Made by a program: the position numbers and the translations under genes. From NCBI GenBank assembly GCA_964016885.1, contig OZ024741.1, forward strand, positions 119,908,001 to 119,972,000: a DNA stretch of 64,000 nucleotides, in the 5' to 3' direction. Positions 30,471 through 42,550 of this stretch are shown here, piece by piece (the first letter of the stretch is position 1; every line of letters begins with the position of its first letter). Origin of the DNA: Eledone cirrhosa (Eukaryota). Below the pieces are notes generated by a model, which saw only the letters and a list, made by a program, of their open reading frames with translations, made no database searches and was not told the DNA's origin.

Positions 30471-31499
30471 TCGAAAGCTAGTTCAAATGACTTCGGATAT
30501 GTCACCAAACAATAGAAAGAACAATCAAAATGATCGAGCGAGGTGAGTCATTCATAGAAGCGGGAATCAGCTTATTATTTCTAAATGCGAACTCGCAGAC
30601 TACATCACTGGAGGTTGGAACATAAGCCCAATGAGTTTAAGTGTCGTCGTTAAGTCGGTTGTTGGATCAGCTACGGTAATGCAAATGAACCCCAAAATGC
30701 CGTTCACGGAATCGGTTCATCGGGAGATATAGCTGTAGAACGCCACATTTCAGGCACTGTCCATCGGCCCTGGAAACGCTGGATCATTAATTATTTGTAA
30801 ATCTTATGTCGGTTCCTTCACGTTATCTACTGTAATATCTAAGATGTACAACCTCTCACTGATAGTATCACTGTAGGAAGGATTGTTGGCAAAATTGATG
30901 GTTCCCGTTTTTATAGGGATTAAGGGTGTAAAACATTTCTGAAATTCATAAACGAATATGTTTGAAGTTGATTTAGAAGTCGTGAAATAATTTAAAACTG
31001 TTTTAGAACATTTTTCTTGAAATGTTAAACCTCTAGATTAATGTGCTAGTTCAAAAAATATGTGATAGCTCTCTCCAGTCGGGGTGTCGGAGAATGTAAA
31101 AATTACATTCTCTATTTTTTTTATTTCCACTATTTTCCACAGAAGACTGGAAAATAAGTAAAATTTCACGTGAACGTTTTTATCAAGACCAACACGCTTT
31201 GTTTATTGAAAAATAAAATATTCGATGGCGATGAAGATTAGAAAGTTAATATAATGGCGGATTAAATGTTGTTGTTGGAAACAGGAAAAACACCAAATAA
31301 AACATACATTGAAAAAAAGAAGAAAAAGAAAACAAATAATATGAATAAATATTTAAGTTTTATTGTTTCATATTACTGTTATAAGTATGTTTTTATATGA
31401 ACATTTATTTAAGTAGTCTGATATGATAAAAATAGTCCTTTATAATAGATAACGACTCTTGACTTCTATAATTTTTGTTAAGGGATAATGAATGCATCT

Positions 31500-31790
31500 A
31501 ATAACATTCTAAAAGTCTGCATGCAATAAGGTAAATTGTAATTCAGTATTTAGAAACGCTCTTATCTGCAAATATAGACAAAGATGTTTCATGAATTTAA
31601 ATAAAAAATATTTTGCTGACTAAATAGGGACATCTAGCAGTGAGAATAAATGTTATATTAAGGCTAGTGGAATTACAAAGAGATACGAAAGTCCTTTTTT
31701 GTTTGTAATCGACAAATTCCATTGCCATATTCCTGAGAAATATTCCATGATTTCCTGGAATGTACTCAAATACAAGTGACACTTATAAAG
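31500..31790 (-). pseudogene. Frameshifted fragment of a paralogous Mth-like GPCR (TM4-TM6 region)
   Basis: VSLVFEYIPGNHGI and LNIT-FILTAR..YLVSK match GPCR1/2 (VSLIFEYLPGNHGISPEYG; LNITAFIFTARGLYLASK) with indels. Confidence 0.75.
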
Positions 31791-32707
31791 AATACTATAC
31801 AGATCACTTTTTCTTTTTTATTTTTCTCATATTTTTTCGAGTGAATCATAAATACGTATAGGTTGTGCATTTGGCAGAGCACGTTTTCCTTAATTAAATT
31901 TCTTTTTCTGCTTCTGCCATTATTCTAACTTTGCTGGATAACAACAAAATAAATATTAGATTATTTCTATGTTCTGTGGTAATTTATATATGTATGTGTA
32001 TCTTGACTGTAATATTCTGTGTGATCGGTAACTTATGAGTGGAACTCCTGTTTACATATATTGTTTCTTTATGGAGTCTACAGTATAGGTTGTGCTTGCT
32101 GATGTTTATTGTTGTATCTAGGATGTTTAATATCTTAGGTTTTGTAATGATCGAAATTTTAAAATAAATTCTTTTATGTTTTGTCTACCTGAGTTGCTGA
32201 TGGTGCACTGTTCATATTGTGGGATTATCCGATCCTGTCGACGCTGTAATGTCGATGTTAATGCTAGTGAGATTAAGTCCAGTTTTTTTGTTCAGTATTT
32301 GTAGTGTTGTATATTCTAAGCAGCTCTAGAATTTCGTTCCCGTCTTCACTAAAAGTTGAGACATGAAGAGTTAATAATTGTGTTATTTGACACAGAAAAA
32401 TTACACGAATAAAGATTTCTGTGACCATGGAAAACCAAAATATTTAACTGAATTCTATGAAATAATTGTTTCGTATTGAGAAAGAAGCAAATATTGAATA
32501 AATGGAATTTCTGTAGAAGTGAAACTTTCCAGTAATAAATATGCATAGAGAATTTATTTATAAATATGTTTATATGATAAAACAGTTAACATTTATAGAT
32601 ATAAACCCTGTGTATCGTCACAGGATCAAGAATATAATTATTGTTATTAGGATTTAATCTTATTAAAAATAATAAAAATTGATTTCTACTGAATAACATT
32701 TGTAGTA

Positions 32708-35350
32708 TTATTGAACCGAAATGTTTGTTGATATTTGAGATGTAACTGTTTTACCGGAAGTTGAAGATACTTTAATAGATTTAGTGGTAGACCATTGGGA
32801 AATCACATCTAACTTCTTCAGTAAACTACGGTAGACAATCTTTGTTAGAAGAAACGATAAACAAATAATGAAACCAATAAAGGAGTTTAAAATACAAAAC
32901 AGCAGAGAAAATTCTTCAATTTTTGTAAAGGTATATAGGAATGCGAATATCCATGTTAATCCCATGACAAAGCTTAGTTTTATGTATATGAAGAACTCAT
33001 TTTTATTATGTTTAGATAAATATTTTGAAGAATGTTTGCTAGCCAAATATAGCCCTCTTGCGGTGAAGATAAATGCAGTTATATTAAGACATAATAGAAC
33101 CATTACTGGAATTGCAAAGAGGTACAAAAGACCTTTTCCATTTGTAATCCAACAAATACCCTTGCCATATTCTGGAGATATTCCATGATTTCCTGGTAAG
33201 TATTCAAATATAAGTGACACTGCTACTATTACAAATGGAGAAATCCAAGCATATAAAGAATACAATATAAATCTCTTGCTACCCTTTCCTCTACTGCGAA
33301 GTTGTGTAAGTCCTGAGAAAGTGTACCAGGCATCAAATGACATGACATTCATCCAGAAGAAAGCAGATAGAAAGGTATAATGAATCACAACAGCTAAAGA
33401 TGTACACACAGCTGTAGATGTAGTAACATATGGTGTGATCAGAAACAGAAGCTCAGCTAGAAATAGTGCTGATAAAAGACTAATGAGTAATTTACCTGGT
33501 AAGGTACGGAGTTTAGGTATACATAGATAGACTATAATAGTGATGGCTAGAGCTGGAATAGAGATTATTAGTCCTATAAGTGTGATATAACCCTCAACAG
33601 TGGAATATTTTGATATTACATTGGTACCATTTTTTACACAGATACTTACACCTTGAGAATCTTGACTGAATTCTGATTGGTTCAACAGACGTTGTGTCTT
33701 ATTTAAGTAAAGGAGGCCATCACTAGTGATATGATATTCAGTTTCATTTAATATTGTTGTAGTACAGTTTAACTGTGTATGAAAGATAACCTGTCTACAT
33801 TGCCTGGTAATTATATCGTAGACAGTGTGTTTTGGACACGAAGGAAACGGGGTTACTTTCTCTGAATTTTCATATGCTCCATTTTTTATTTCCATTAATT
33901 TGGTATCATAGTTGAAAAGCAAAGTTAAACTAAGCGATTGGCTCATATCTCTCTCTCGCTCACTGTATTCTTTTTCCCTCATACATTCACGACAATATAT
34001 GTTCCTGAATATTTCATATCCAGTTTTTACTAACGCCATAGGTCCATATTCACACGCAATCGTTTGTTCTGTATTATTGTAATCTCCTGGACATTTAGAT
34101 ATATGTGGAGTACATTTATGCAAATATTGTTCTAAATCGTATATAGGTGGCTTTACAATTGAAAACCATTGTTCATAAACTGATATGTTTTCAGGGCTTT
34201 TAAGTATTGGATATTCATACTCGAGATTCCATGGAATGAATTCCTCTCCGTGACACAGAGCACAGTATAAATTCCTGAAGAGTTTTTTACTTGTTTTACC
34301 AAAAGCAGGTATGTTGTGTAGTTGATCATCCGGGTTAGGACTTTCACAGTTGATTACATGCTCTGTAATGTCATGGTTAGGTGGACAGTGGTCAAATTGA
34401 TAATAGAAATCGTCATTAACTCTACTACAACTATAATACATTGATGGATATGGCTGTTTATTGTTAGAACTGGTGTTATTAATCATGTCAACACAACAGT
34501 CATTGTAGAGGTAACAATCTTGGCGGCACGAACACTGGTCTGTTTTGGGATTTTCAGAACATAAAACTGGTCTAAAAGGGGTTAACTTCTCAGCAGCATT
34601 TTCTTCTTCAATATTGCAAACATAATCGAATTCTTCAATCCCATTACATTCAAGGCAATGTTTGTTCCTGAATACTTCATATCTAGCTTCTACTAACGCC
34701 ATAGGCTCAGATTCACACGCAATCTTTTGTTCTGTATTATTGTAATCTCCTGGACATTTAGATACACGTGGATTACATTTATGTAAATAATGTTCTAAAT
34801 CACCTGAGGGGACATTTACAGATGAATTACAGTATCCATTAATGAGAAACTTTGATATGTTTTCAAGGCTTATATTTCCGCGTATATAGCATTCATACTG
34901 AAGATTCCATAGAATGAATTCCTCTCCGTGACACAGAGCACAATATAAATTCCTGAAGAGTTTTTTACTTGTTTTACCAAAAGCAGGTATGTTGTGTAGT
35001 TGGTCATCCGGGTTAGGACTTTCACAGTTGATTACATGCTCTGTAATGTCATGGTTAGGTGGACAGTGGTCAAATTGATAATAGTAATCGTCATTAACTC
35101 TACTACAACTATAATACATTGATGGATATGGCTGTTTGTTGTTAGAACTTGTGTTATTAATCATGTCAACACAACAGTCATTGTAGAGGTAACAATCTTG
35201 GCGGCACGAACACTGATCTGTTTCAGGACTTTCAGAACATAAAATTGGTGGACATACATTAGAATCTAGGACATTGTAGGTTGATGTTTGTAATACATGG
35301 TTTGAAAGCAGTAAAAATGGAACCATAAAGAATTGAAGGAAATTTTCCAT
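32708..35350 (-). CDS. Single-coding-exon Mth-like class B3 GPCR with tandemly duplicated Cys-rich ectodomain (GPCR2)
   Basis: Intact 880-aa ORF with signal peptide, two copies of CSCRQDCYLYNDCCVD...FRNLYCALCHGEE 226 aa apart, and a 7TM region homologous to GPCR1. Confidence 0.93.
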   Translation of the reverse strand: MENFLQFFMVPFLLLSNHVLQTSTYNVLDSNVCPPILCSESPETDQCSCRQDCYLYNDCCVDMINNTSSNNKQPYPSMYYSCSRVNDDYYYQFDHCPPNHDITEHVINCESPNPDDQLHNIPAFGKTSKKLFRNLYCALCHGEEFILWNLQYECYIRGNISLENISKFLINGYCNSSVNVPSGDLEHYLHKCNPRVSKCPGDYNNTEQKIACESEPMALVEARYEVFRNKHCLECNGIEEFDYVCNIEEENAAEKLTPFRPVLCSENPKTDQCSCRQDCYLYNDCCVDMINNTSSNNKQPYPSMYYSCSRVNDDFYYQFDHCPPNHDITEHVINCESPNPDDQLHNIPAFGKTSKKLFRNLYCALCHGEEFIPWNLEYEYPILKSPENISVYEQWFSIVKPPIYDLEQYLHKCTPHISKCPGDYNNTEQTIACEYGPMALVKTGYEIFRNIYCRECMREKEYSERERDMSQSLSLTLLFNYDTKLMEIKNGAYENSEKVTPFPSCPKHTVYDIITRQCRQVIFHTQLNCTTTILNETEYHITSDGLLYLNKTQRLLNQSEFSQDSQGVSICVKNGTNVISKYSTVEGYITLIGLIISIPALAITIIVYLCIPKLRTLPGKLLISLLSALFLAELLFLITPYVTTSTAVCTSLAVVIHYTFLSAFFWMNVMSFDAWYTFSGLTQLRSRGKGSKRFILYSLYAWISPFVIVAVSLIFEYLPGNHGISPEYGKGICWITNGKGLLYLFAIPVMVLLCLNITAFIFTARGLYLASKHSSKYLSKHNKNEFFIYIKLSFVMGLTWIFAFLYTFTKIEEFSLLFCILNSFIGFIICLSFLLTKIVYRSLLKKLDVISQWSTTKSIKVSSTSGKTVTSQISTNISVQ

Positions 35351-35798
35351 TTTAAAATACTTTAAAATACTAATTACGATAAGTTTTGAGTATATATTTT
35401 TGTGTATAATTTAATATTTAATTTAATTTCCGTGATTTAAAAACTCTCTAATTTGTACTTTTCAAGAAAGTTTGCCTGAAATACAGTAATTAGGTGGACA
35501 GTAGTCACATTGATAATAGTAATCGTCATTTATCATCGTGTATGGCCAGTATCGTAGAGTAAAATTGAAGATTTTTGTATTTTAGTCTTCACGTAATGGC
35601 TGTCATACGGAATGAACACTATTTCACTATAATTGTCTTACAGGGAAGAATAGAATTAGTTTCATATTGATTTTGGTAGTTGGATGATATCGATATTAAA
35701 TATTGAATGTCAGTATTGTGTCTCTTTGATGACGTAATTAAATATAGTAGATGTATCTGTAAAAGAAGACATATTTAGTAACACACACATATATATAT

Positions 35799-36209
35799 AC
35801 TAGACCTGAAAATGCGCAAGCTCAAAAGAGCCACAGAATGTTATAATAAACCTCCAAAAGTGTGGGACTAGAGTTGTTGCTAAAAAATATTGTAATCAAA
35901 AAGAAACTCATAACGAACTCAAGACGACACGATAATTATTTAAGCTAATGTTCAATATCTCATATTAGATGTTTAGTAATGATTAATACGAAATGCACTT
36001 AAACTGAATTCTATATTATAAATTCACTTAAGTAATTATCGTGTCGTCTTGAGTTCGTTATGAGTCTCTTTTTTATAAAAGGATGCCACAGAGTGTACGA
36101 TAGATAATGATTAAAATATTTTTGAGCAGCAACTCTAGTCCCACACTTTTGAAGGTTTATTATAACATTCTGTAGCTCTTTTGAGCTTGCGAATTTTTCA
36201 GGTCTAGTT
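35799..36209. repeat. Imperfect long hairpin element in the putative 5'-UTR intron of GPCR2
   Basis: Arms ~35799-35940 and ~36030-36209 are reverse complements with an indel. It starts at a short (TA)n. Confidence 0.75.
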
Positions 36210-38459
36210 TAATATTTTTTTAAGACAACGCTTGTAATAACTCTAGTTAAACATGATATATATTAATAATAAATTATCGTTGTAATGTAATTAGATTATA
36301 TAATTGTTATTTTATAAATGATCTTATAAATATTATCGTAAGATGTATAAAAATATTTTCAGACTTTTAATAGTTAATATAAATTTAAAAAGTCATATAT
36401 AAATTAACAATATAACTTACCAAAACGAGAAAAATATTTTGGACGAAATGCTGGAGGAAGATTCGAAAGCGAAACGATAAATAAACGTGGAAACAAATTG
36501 GCGGATGCTTTTGAGCAACAATTACTCTCGTTGGTTGATTAGCCAACAAGACGATGAAATTAGCCAATAAGACGATACATTACAAAAGATATTTTGGAGG
36601 CATCACCACGGCCAGCGATACCCCTTGAAATTTTTATTCACAAGCTACGCATGTATGTCACAAACAAACAAGTCACAGTCACACAGACACGCAGACTTAA
36701 AACATTCTGTTATTAGTCACTGCGTGTCTAACATATAGTAAACACAAACACACATTTACATATACACATATTTAGTTTTATTTTTTATTAATTCCTCCCC
36801 AATAACAAGAGAGTCGGTTTCTAACACAGAATCAAGACTCTTTCAGTACAATTTTGACATCAGCTTGGTAATTATGTATATGTATTTATGTCTGCTTGTG
36901 TGTGAGAGGGGGAGGGGTGTTTCTGTGTGCACGCAAGTCTGGTTATTAATGCATGAGAGGGTCTGTGTTTTTTTAATTATATGTCACATACACATATGCT
37001 TCTGTATCTCAACGTGTGTATATGCAGTTATTTCATGCTACATTTCTGGAATGCTTTACAAACTTTACAGTTCCATTATTATCGTCAAAGTGACCCTGAA
37101 GGAGTATGTTCAGACAGGTTGTTTACATTTTATACAATCGTTCAATATTGTTTGGCCAAATGAGTTTCTTTGTTTTGGAGGACCAATCTTGTCTCCGTCA
37201 ATGCCAACCAGCTTGGCATATGTATGTCTCTATTAAGAGTTTACTGGTAGACTTTAATAAGATACCTCTTATATAAAAAGAACATTTTTGTACCAATATC
37301 CGAATATCAATTCTCTTCTTGGTGCTTAATATTCCTATCCTAGTATCGAGAGTATCACCATTGATACTCTACGATTTTGGTGTAATGCAGGGACAATAGT
37401 TCGTTCAAATTTCTATTCACTCTGTATCTTAGTTAAACTTCTTTCCCTCGCTCCATATTTTTCTTCAGAATGAATCTGTCTTTCTGGGACAATGCCTCAG
37501 TGACCTTTATTGATTTTCCCTCATATCTCTATAAACTGATGAATAGTTTCGAAGAAATTTCATATTAATTAAAATTCGTTCATCTACTCTCTTCTGGTAT
37601 CGGGGTTTTTCTCTGACAATACTAAACTCTTGTTTGATGGGAATCAATTTATATTCCATTTTTTTCTCTCTTTACTGTCTCTAAAAATGACTTCTATCAT
37701 ATTTTTCAGTCTTTGTTGGGGAGGAGTGTAGTTTTGGTTTTTTGTTTACATGTGATAAGCATCAACCTATGACCGATAGTTTTTTGTAGGTGGTGTTTTT
37801 TTTTCTTTTTAGAAATATCCGATGGTATTTTATTTGTTGTTTTGTCTCTTTATATCCGTGGTATCACTACAATAGTACTTAACAGGCATTGATAGGGCAT
37901 ATACGCAAGCGTTAATTTTCCAAAATGTAGGGGCATGGGTCTGCCGTAAATATTCACCTCCGATTTCGTTGATATCATGTAAAGTTTTATTATTCTGTCT
38001 CTTCCTCAATATCGGGAGGTGTTGTCACTTTTAAAATGGCTGTTTAAAAAATAAATTGCTGTATATGCCGGCGTACAAGTCAACGTTTGGAGCCTAAAAA
38101 TATCTTTCCAAAAACGGAGGTCGACTTGTCCGCCGAATATAAAATGTGAACCTTTACCACTGAGGGGTAAACAGTGATACTGCCTGCCTAAAACTCGTTG
38201 TACACCACTTAGCATAACTCTAGCAGCCGACTAGAATTATTTCCTACTGAATCTCATATTTGTTAAGTCTATTTGACGTAGAAATTATAATAATATCAAT
38301 GACTTGCCGTAGCTCATAGAGTAGGTTACCATAGGTTCGTTAAGGTTAGGCTACGCTGGTTTACTCAGTGAGTTAGAACTCACTTGCGACTGAAGTGTTT
38401 TAGAAGAAATGGCTTAGAATAGTCTAAACCAAAGGTTCTCAACCCATTTCTACCAAACG

Positions 38460-38520
<61 letters not shown>

Positions 38521-38521
<1 letters not shown>

Positions 38522-38933
38522 ATTAGAAATGTTAGCTATCGCCGTATTTTGACTAAAGAAATTATTTAGCCTGATAGTGGGGTTAAGAACCCTCGGAGAA
38601 ATGGAAAAAAAGATGAGTATTGACGTACATGGGAGTCGAACCCACATCTTTGGTAATCCGGACCACTGTGCTACCATTTACACCAACATATCACCCGCTT
38701 TTTCCATTCAAATTAGAAGCTATAAACTTAGCGACTCTAATGTCAAGTAAGAATATTTTCGAAACAGCGAGTGGATTTGAAATTATTAGAAATGTTAGCT
38801 ATCGCCGTATTTTGACTAAAGAAATTAAAGAAATTATTTAGCCTGATAGTGGGGTTAAGAACCCTCGAAGAAATGGAAAAAGATGAGTATTGACGCACAT
38901 GGGAGTCGAACCCACATCTTTGGTTATCCGGAC
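38521..38933 (-). repeat. 1.5-mer tandem of the tRNA-like-cassette element
   Basis: tattagaaatgttagctatcgccg repeats at 38521 and ~38784. B-box-like GGTTCGACTCC occurs twice. Abuts (TA)n. Confidence 0.65.
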
Positions 38934-39106
38934 TGGGATCGATGTAATCGACGGGACCCTAAACCCTAAATTTCATGCCTTGTGCTTATAGTAGAAATGA
39001 TTATAACTGGTGAAAATCATCATCCACCACCACGTTTGGCTCACTGTGCCTCTCCTCCAGGACGTAATGGCCCTTTTATGTCCTTCAGTTTGAGACCCCC
39101 TCTTCT

Positions 39107-39143
<37 letters not shown>

Positions 39144-39149
39144 CATTTT

Positions 39150-39410
39150 ACTTTTTTTCTGTCTCTGGACTACGCCCATGCTGGAGCATCACCTTGGTTA
39201 GTTATGGGGACGTCAACAAACCAACAAGCATTGGTGGGAGCGCAAACACAAACGCAAAGACACACACAGACATATATACATATATACGACGGGCTTCTTT
39301 TAGTTTTGATCTATCAAATCCACTCACAGGGCTTTGGTCGGCCCGGTCAGTGGGACTGAACCCGGAAACATGTGGTTGGGAAGCAAGCTTCTTGTCAAAC
39401 TGCGCATATA
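39150..39410 (-). mobile_element. SINE family 2 (tRNA-derived); inverted near-identical copy at 43525-43770
   Basis: aagaagcttgcttcccaaccacatgtttccgggttcagtcccactg..ccgaccaaagc..gtggatttgatagac. Confidence 0.6.
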
Positions 39411-39433
39411 TATATATGCGTGTATGTGCGTGC

Positions 39434-39535
<102 letters not shown>

Positions 39536-39869
39536 GCGTGTGAGTGTGTGTGTGTTATCAAATTAACAATAAAAATAAAAAGGAAAATGTCAAGTTACAT
39601 ACACATATATACACACACAGGCCGGCGTTGGTGTTTGATGAGGTTGAGAACCTGACCAGTTTTCAGCCAGAGCTGTGGTATTTAATCTCCCTAGGTAATA
39701 AAATCTGGAGGCAACATTTTCTCCTTACCAAAAAAAACCCATAAATCATGTCAACATCCTTACACACTTAAATATAAATGCATGTATAGATACAAATTTA
39801 TAAATGCATAGCTATATACATAGGTAAATGTATGTATGTATATATGTATGTATGTAGATTTATGTATGT

Positions 39870-40465
39870 CAGGTCACCAGTTGGTGCTACTGGTAACATG
39901 TATCCCAGTACAACCAGTCTCATGGTCGAGTCGTTGGCGACTAAACTGGCAACCCCACCAAGGTTTCTTGGTGAGGAGGGTGACTTTGGACATCCTGCAG
40001 GACTAAAAGAGCAAAGGAGCTCTTAAGAGTCAATGGCCATCCAAAATCACCGGGAGAGATGACCCCTTAGCCTTTGTCAAGGCAGAATTCTAGGAGAAGG
40101 AAAACTCTGATATAACACCTACAACCCTGATGGTATCCAATGATGTTGACTTGTTCTTCTTTTTGGTAAATATCATCTTGGTTAAGAGAGTTGGACTGGC
40201 TTTGTGCAGTGCCTTTGTTCACTATAAAAGCTTCACGGCACAGGCATTGCTTTATATCTGGAGATCTCTCTGCACTTGTCGTCACATGGTACCATGGGCC
40301 CAGTACTATGTGTCAATAATTGTCACAAGTGTAGTGTTTGTACCAGAGTTTTCAAGTCGCTGGCTGGAATAAAAAGTCACACTCGTTCAGCGCATAGGTA
40401 GGGGTTCTCCTACATGGATATAAAGTAGTGGCCGGCCGTACTCGAAAACGAGTTGGCAGCCACCA
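39870..40465 (+). mobile_element. RTE-type LINE 5'-UTR-like fragments; inverted copy at 44768-45167, related piece at 45880-46040
   Basis: Motif cttagcctttgtcaaggc..ggagaaggaaaactctga resembles RTE 5' UTRs and is repeated in the window. Confidence 0.5.
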
Positions 40466-40470
40466 TGTAG

Positions 40471-40538
<68 letters not shown>

Positions 40539-40539
40539 T

Positions 40540-41481
40540 CCCCTTCACCACCTCTTCTACGGCTTCGATATAAATACCCCCTCCGCCTCCGTGGTATTTT
40601 CTTCGGGGTTATAAGAGGCTTAGCTCTGTTTCTCGACCGTTATATCGCGTGACTATCTCCCCCTCCGCCTTTTGGGATTCTTTCTCACGTCGTGTAGACG
40701 CGTTCTTGAGGTTAGTAAAATGAGGTATCCTCTTGATAAGTCGGCAGACCTCGCAGGGACTCTATATCTTTATGATGTATTGTTTTTGTTTATGCCACGA
40801 AACTACGTAGTCGAGGAATCTAGAAGCAGTTTAGGTATGATACATTTTATTACTAATTATATCTAAATGTTTCTTCTCTCTTCATAATGTATTTTTTAAC
40901 TCTGATACTGGTTCAGTCTAGTTCAACCGGATTGGTCTGTCCCAGTCATTCATTGAGCAACATCGGTGAGGTTGGCACCCTTAACTCACGGTTGGGTGTG
41001 GATGCATTCATGTATATGTGTGTGTCCGCATGTATCTGTGTGTTTCTAAATATATTGTTAATAACTCCCTCTGGTTGAGTAATCTTGGAAGTGTGGTGAC
41101 TGCTGGAAAGCTGCCATTACTCATACTTCTCGCCCCTTCACCACCTCTTCTACGGCTTCGATATAAATACCCCCTCCGCCTCCGTGGTATTTTCTTCGGG
41201 GTTATAAGAGGCTTAGCTCTGTTTCTCGACCGTTATATCGCGTGACTATCTCCCCCTCCGCCTTTTGGGATTCTTTCTCACGTCGTGTAGACGCGTTCTT
41301 GAGGCTAGTAAAATGAGGTATCCTCTTGATAAGTCGGCAGACCTCGCAGGGACTCTATATCTTTATGATGTATTGTTTTTGTTTATGCCACGAAACTACG
41401 TAGTCGAGGAATCTAGAAGCAGTTTAGGTATGATACATTTTATTACTAATTATATCTAAATGTTTCTTCTCTCTTCATAAT
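40540..41481 (+). mobile_element. Retrozyme-like non-coding element: two 349-bp direct repeats, each with an HHR (40728-40817, 41321-41410), period 593 bp
   Basis: Repeats 40540-40888 and 41133-41481 differ at about 1 nt. tcctc-TTGATAA-gtcggca...tgccac-GAAA-ctacgtag-TC-gagga. (TA)n flanks. Confidence 0.85.
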
Positions 41482-41504
41482 ATATATATATATATATTAC
41501 ACAC

Positions 41505-41542
<38 letters not shown>

Positions 41543-41562
41543 TACACACACACACACACACG

Positions 41563-41655
<93 letters not shown>

Positions 41656-41866
41656 TCTTTTTTCAGTCTGGTCTGCGTCTGGATAGAACTCAATGTAATC
41701 TTGTAAAATCCACAGATAAGTTCTGTGTTTCGCTGAATTAATTCTTTAGATAGAGAGTCAGATATTAGGTATTAAATTAACAAAAATATATAAAAACAAA
41801 GTTATAAAGTAACTTGACTTTTTTCTTTTTATTTTCATTGTTAATTAGACAACATACACACACACA

Positions 41867-41899
<33 letters not shown>

Positions 41900-41903
<4 letters not shown>

Positions 41904-42061
41904 CCCAAGGCTCTGATACCATCAACACTATACACACAGAGCTGGCATATCTGAGAACTGACTAACTGCCTGATGGGGTGATAGCCATTCAATGGCTATC
42001 ATCGTAATATATATAGCAGTAAATAAAGGATTATGAGTTCATGAAATTGACTTATGTTTCG

Positions 42062-42108
<47 letters not shown>

Positions 42109-42220
42109 TATATTTCGATGATAGCCATTGAATGGCTATGACCCCATCAGGCAGTTAGTCAGTTCTCAGATATGCCAGCTCTGTGTGTATAGTGTTGATG
42201 GTATCAGAGCCTTGGGACAT
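41900..42220. mobile_element. Inverted-pLTR-type element with variant HHR (41965-42020 +; partial inverted copy ~42105-42156)
   Basis: actgc-CTGATGG-ggtgatagccatt c aatggctatcatc-G(T/A)AA-tatata-TA-gcagt. The tail is also found at 24583-24632. Confidence 0.7.
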
Positions 42221-42245
42221 ATATATATATGTGCGTGTGTGTGTA

Positions 42246-42357
<112 letters not shown>

Positions 42358-42390
42358 AAATCTTTTACGTAGGAACATATACTTTATTAT

Positions 42391-42547
42391 TTGGATTGGC
42401 AGTATCGGTAGAGTGTCGGACGCCATGCTTTCCAGCATAGTTACGTCCCTTTACGATCTGAATTCAAATCCCGCCGAGGTCGATAAAATAAAGTACCAGT
42501 AATGCACTGGGCATTTGCTGGCCTTGTGCCTAAAGTAGAAACAATTA
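42391..42547 (+). mobile_element. SINE family 1 (internally deleted)
   Basis: Head and 3' core match the other copies. Confidence 0.75.
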
Positions 42548-42550
42548 TTA

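Noticed and set aside
32868-33188. Antisense ORFs overlapping GPCRs (also 11798-12112, 63498-63803)
   Set aside because: They are shadow frames of hydrophobic TM codons.
37000-37990. Possible degraded PLE RT remnant on the minus strand
   Set aside because: Only faint peptide resemblance, not enough to call.
38568-38600. CTGATAG-hairpin-GGAG/GAAG as a hammerhead
   Set aside because: The core is non-canonical and not conserved in the 24745 copy, and there is no stem I or III.
38955-38972. Telomere-like CCCTAAA repeats
   Set aside because: Only two units, within a SINE 3' region.
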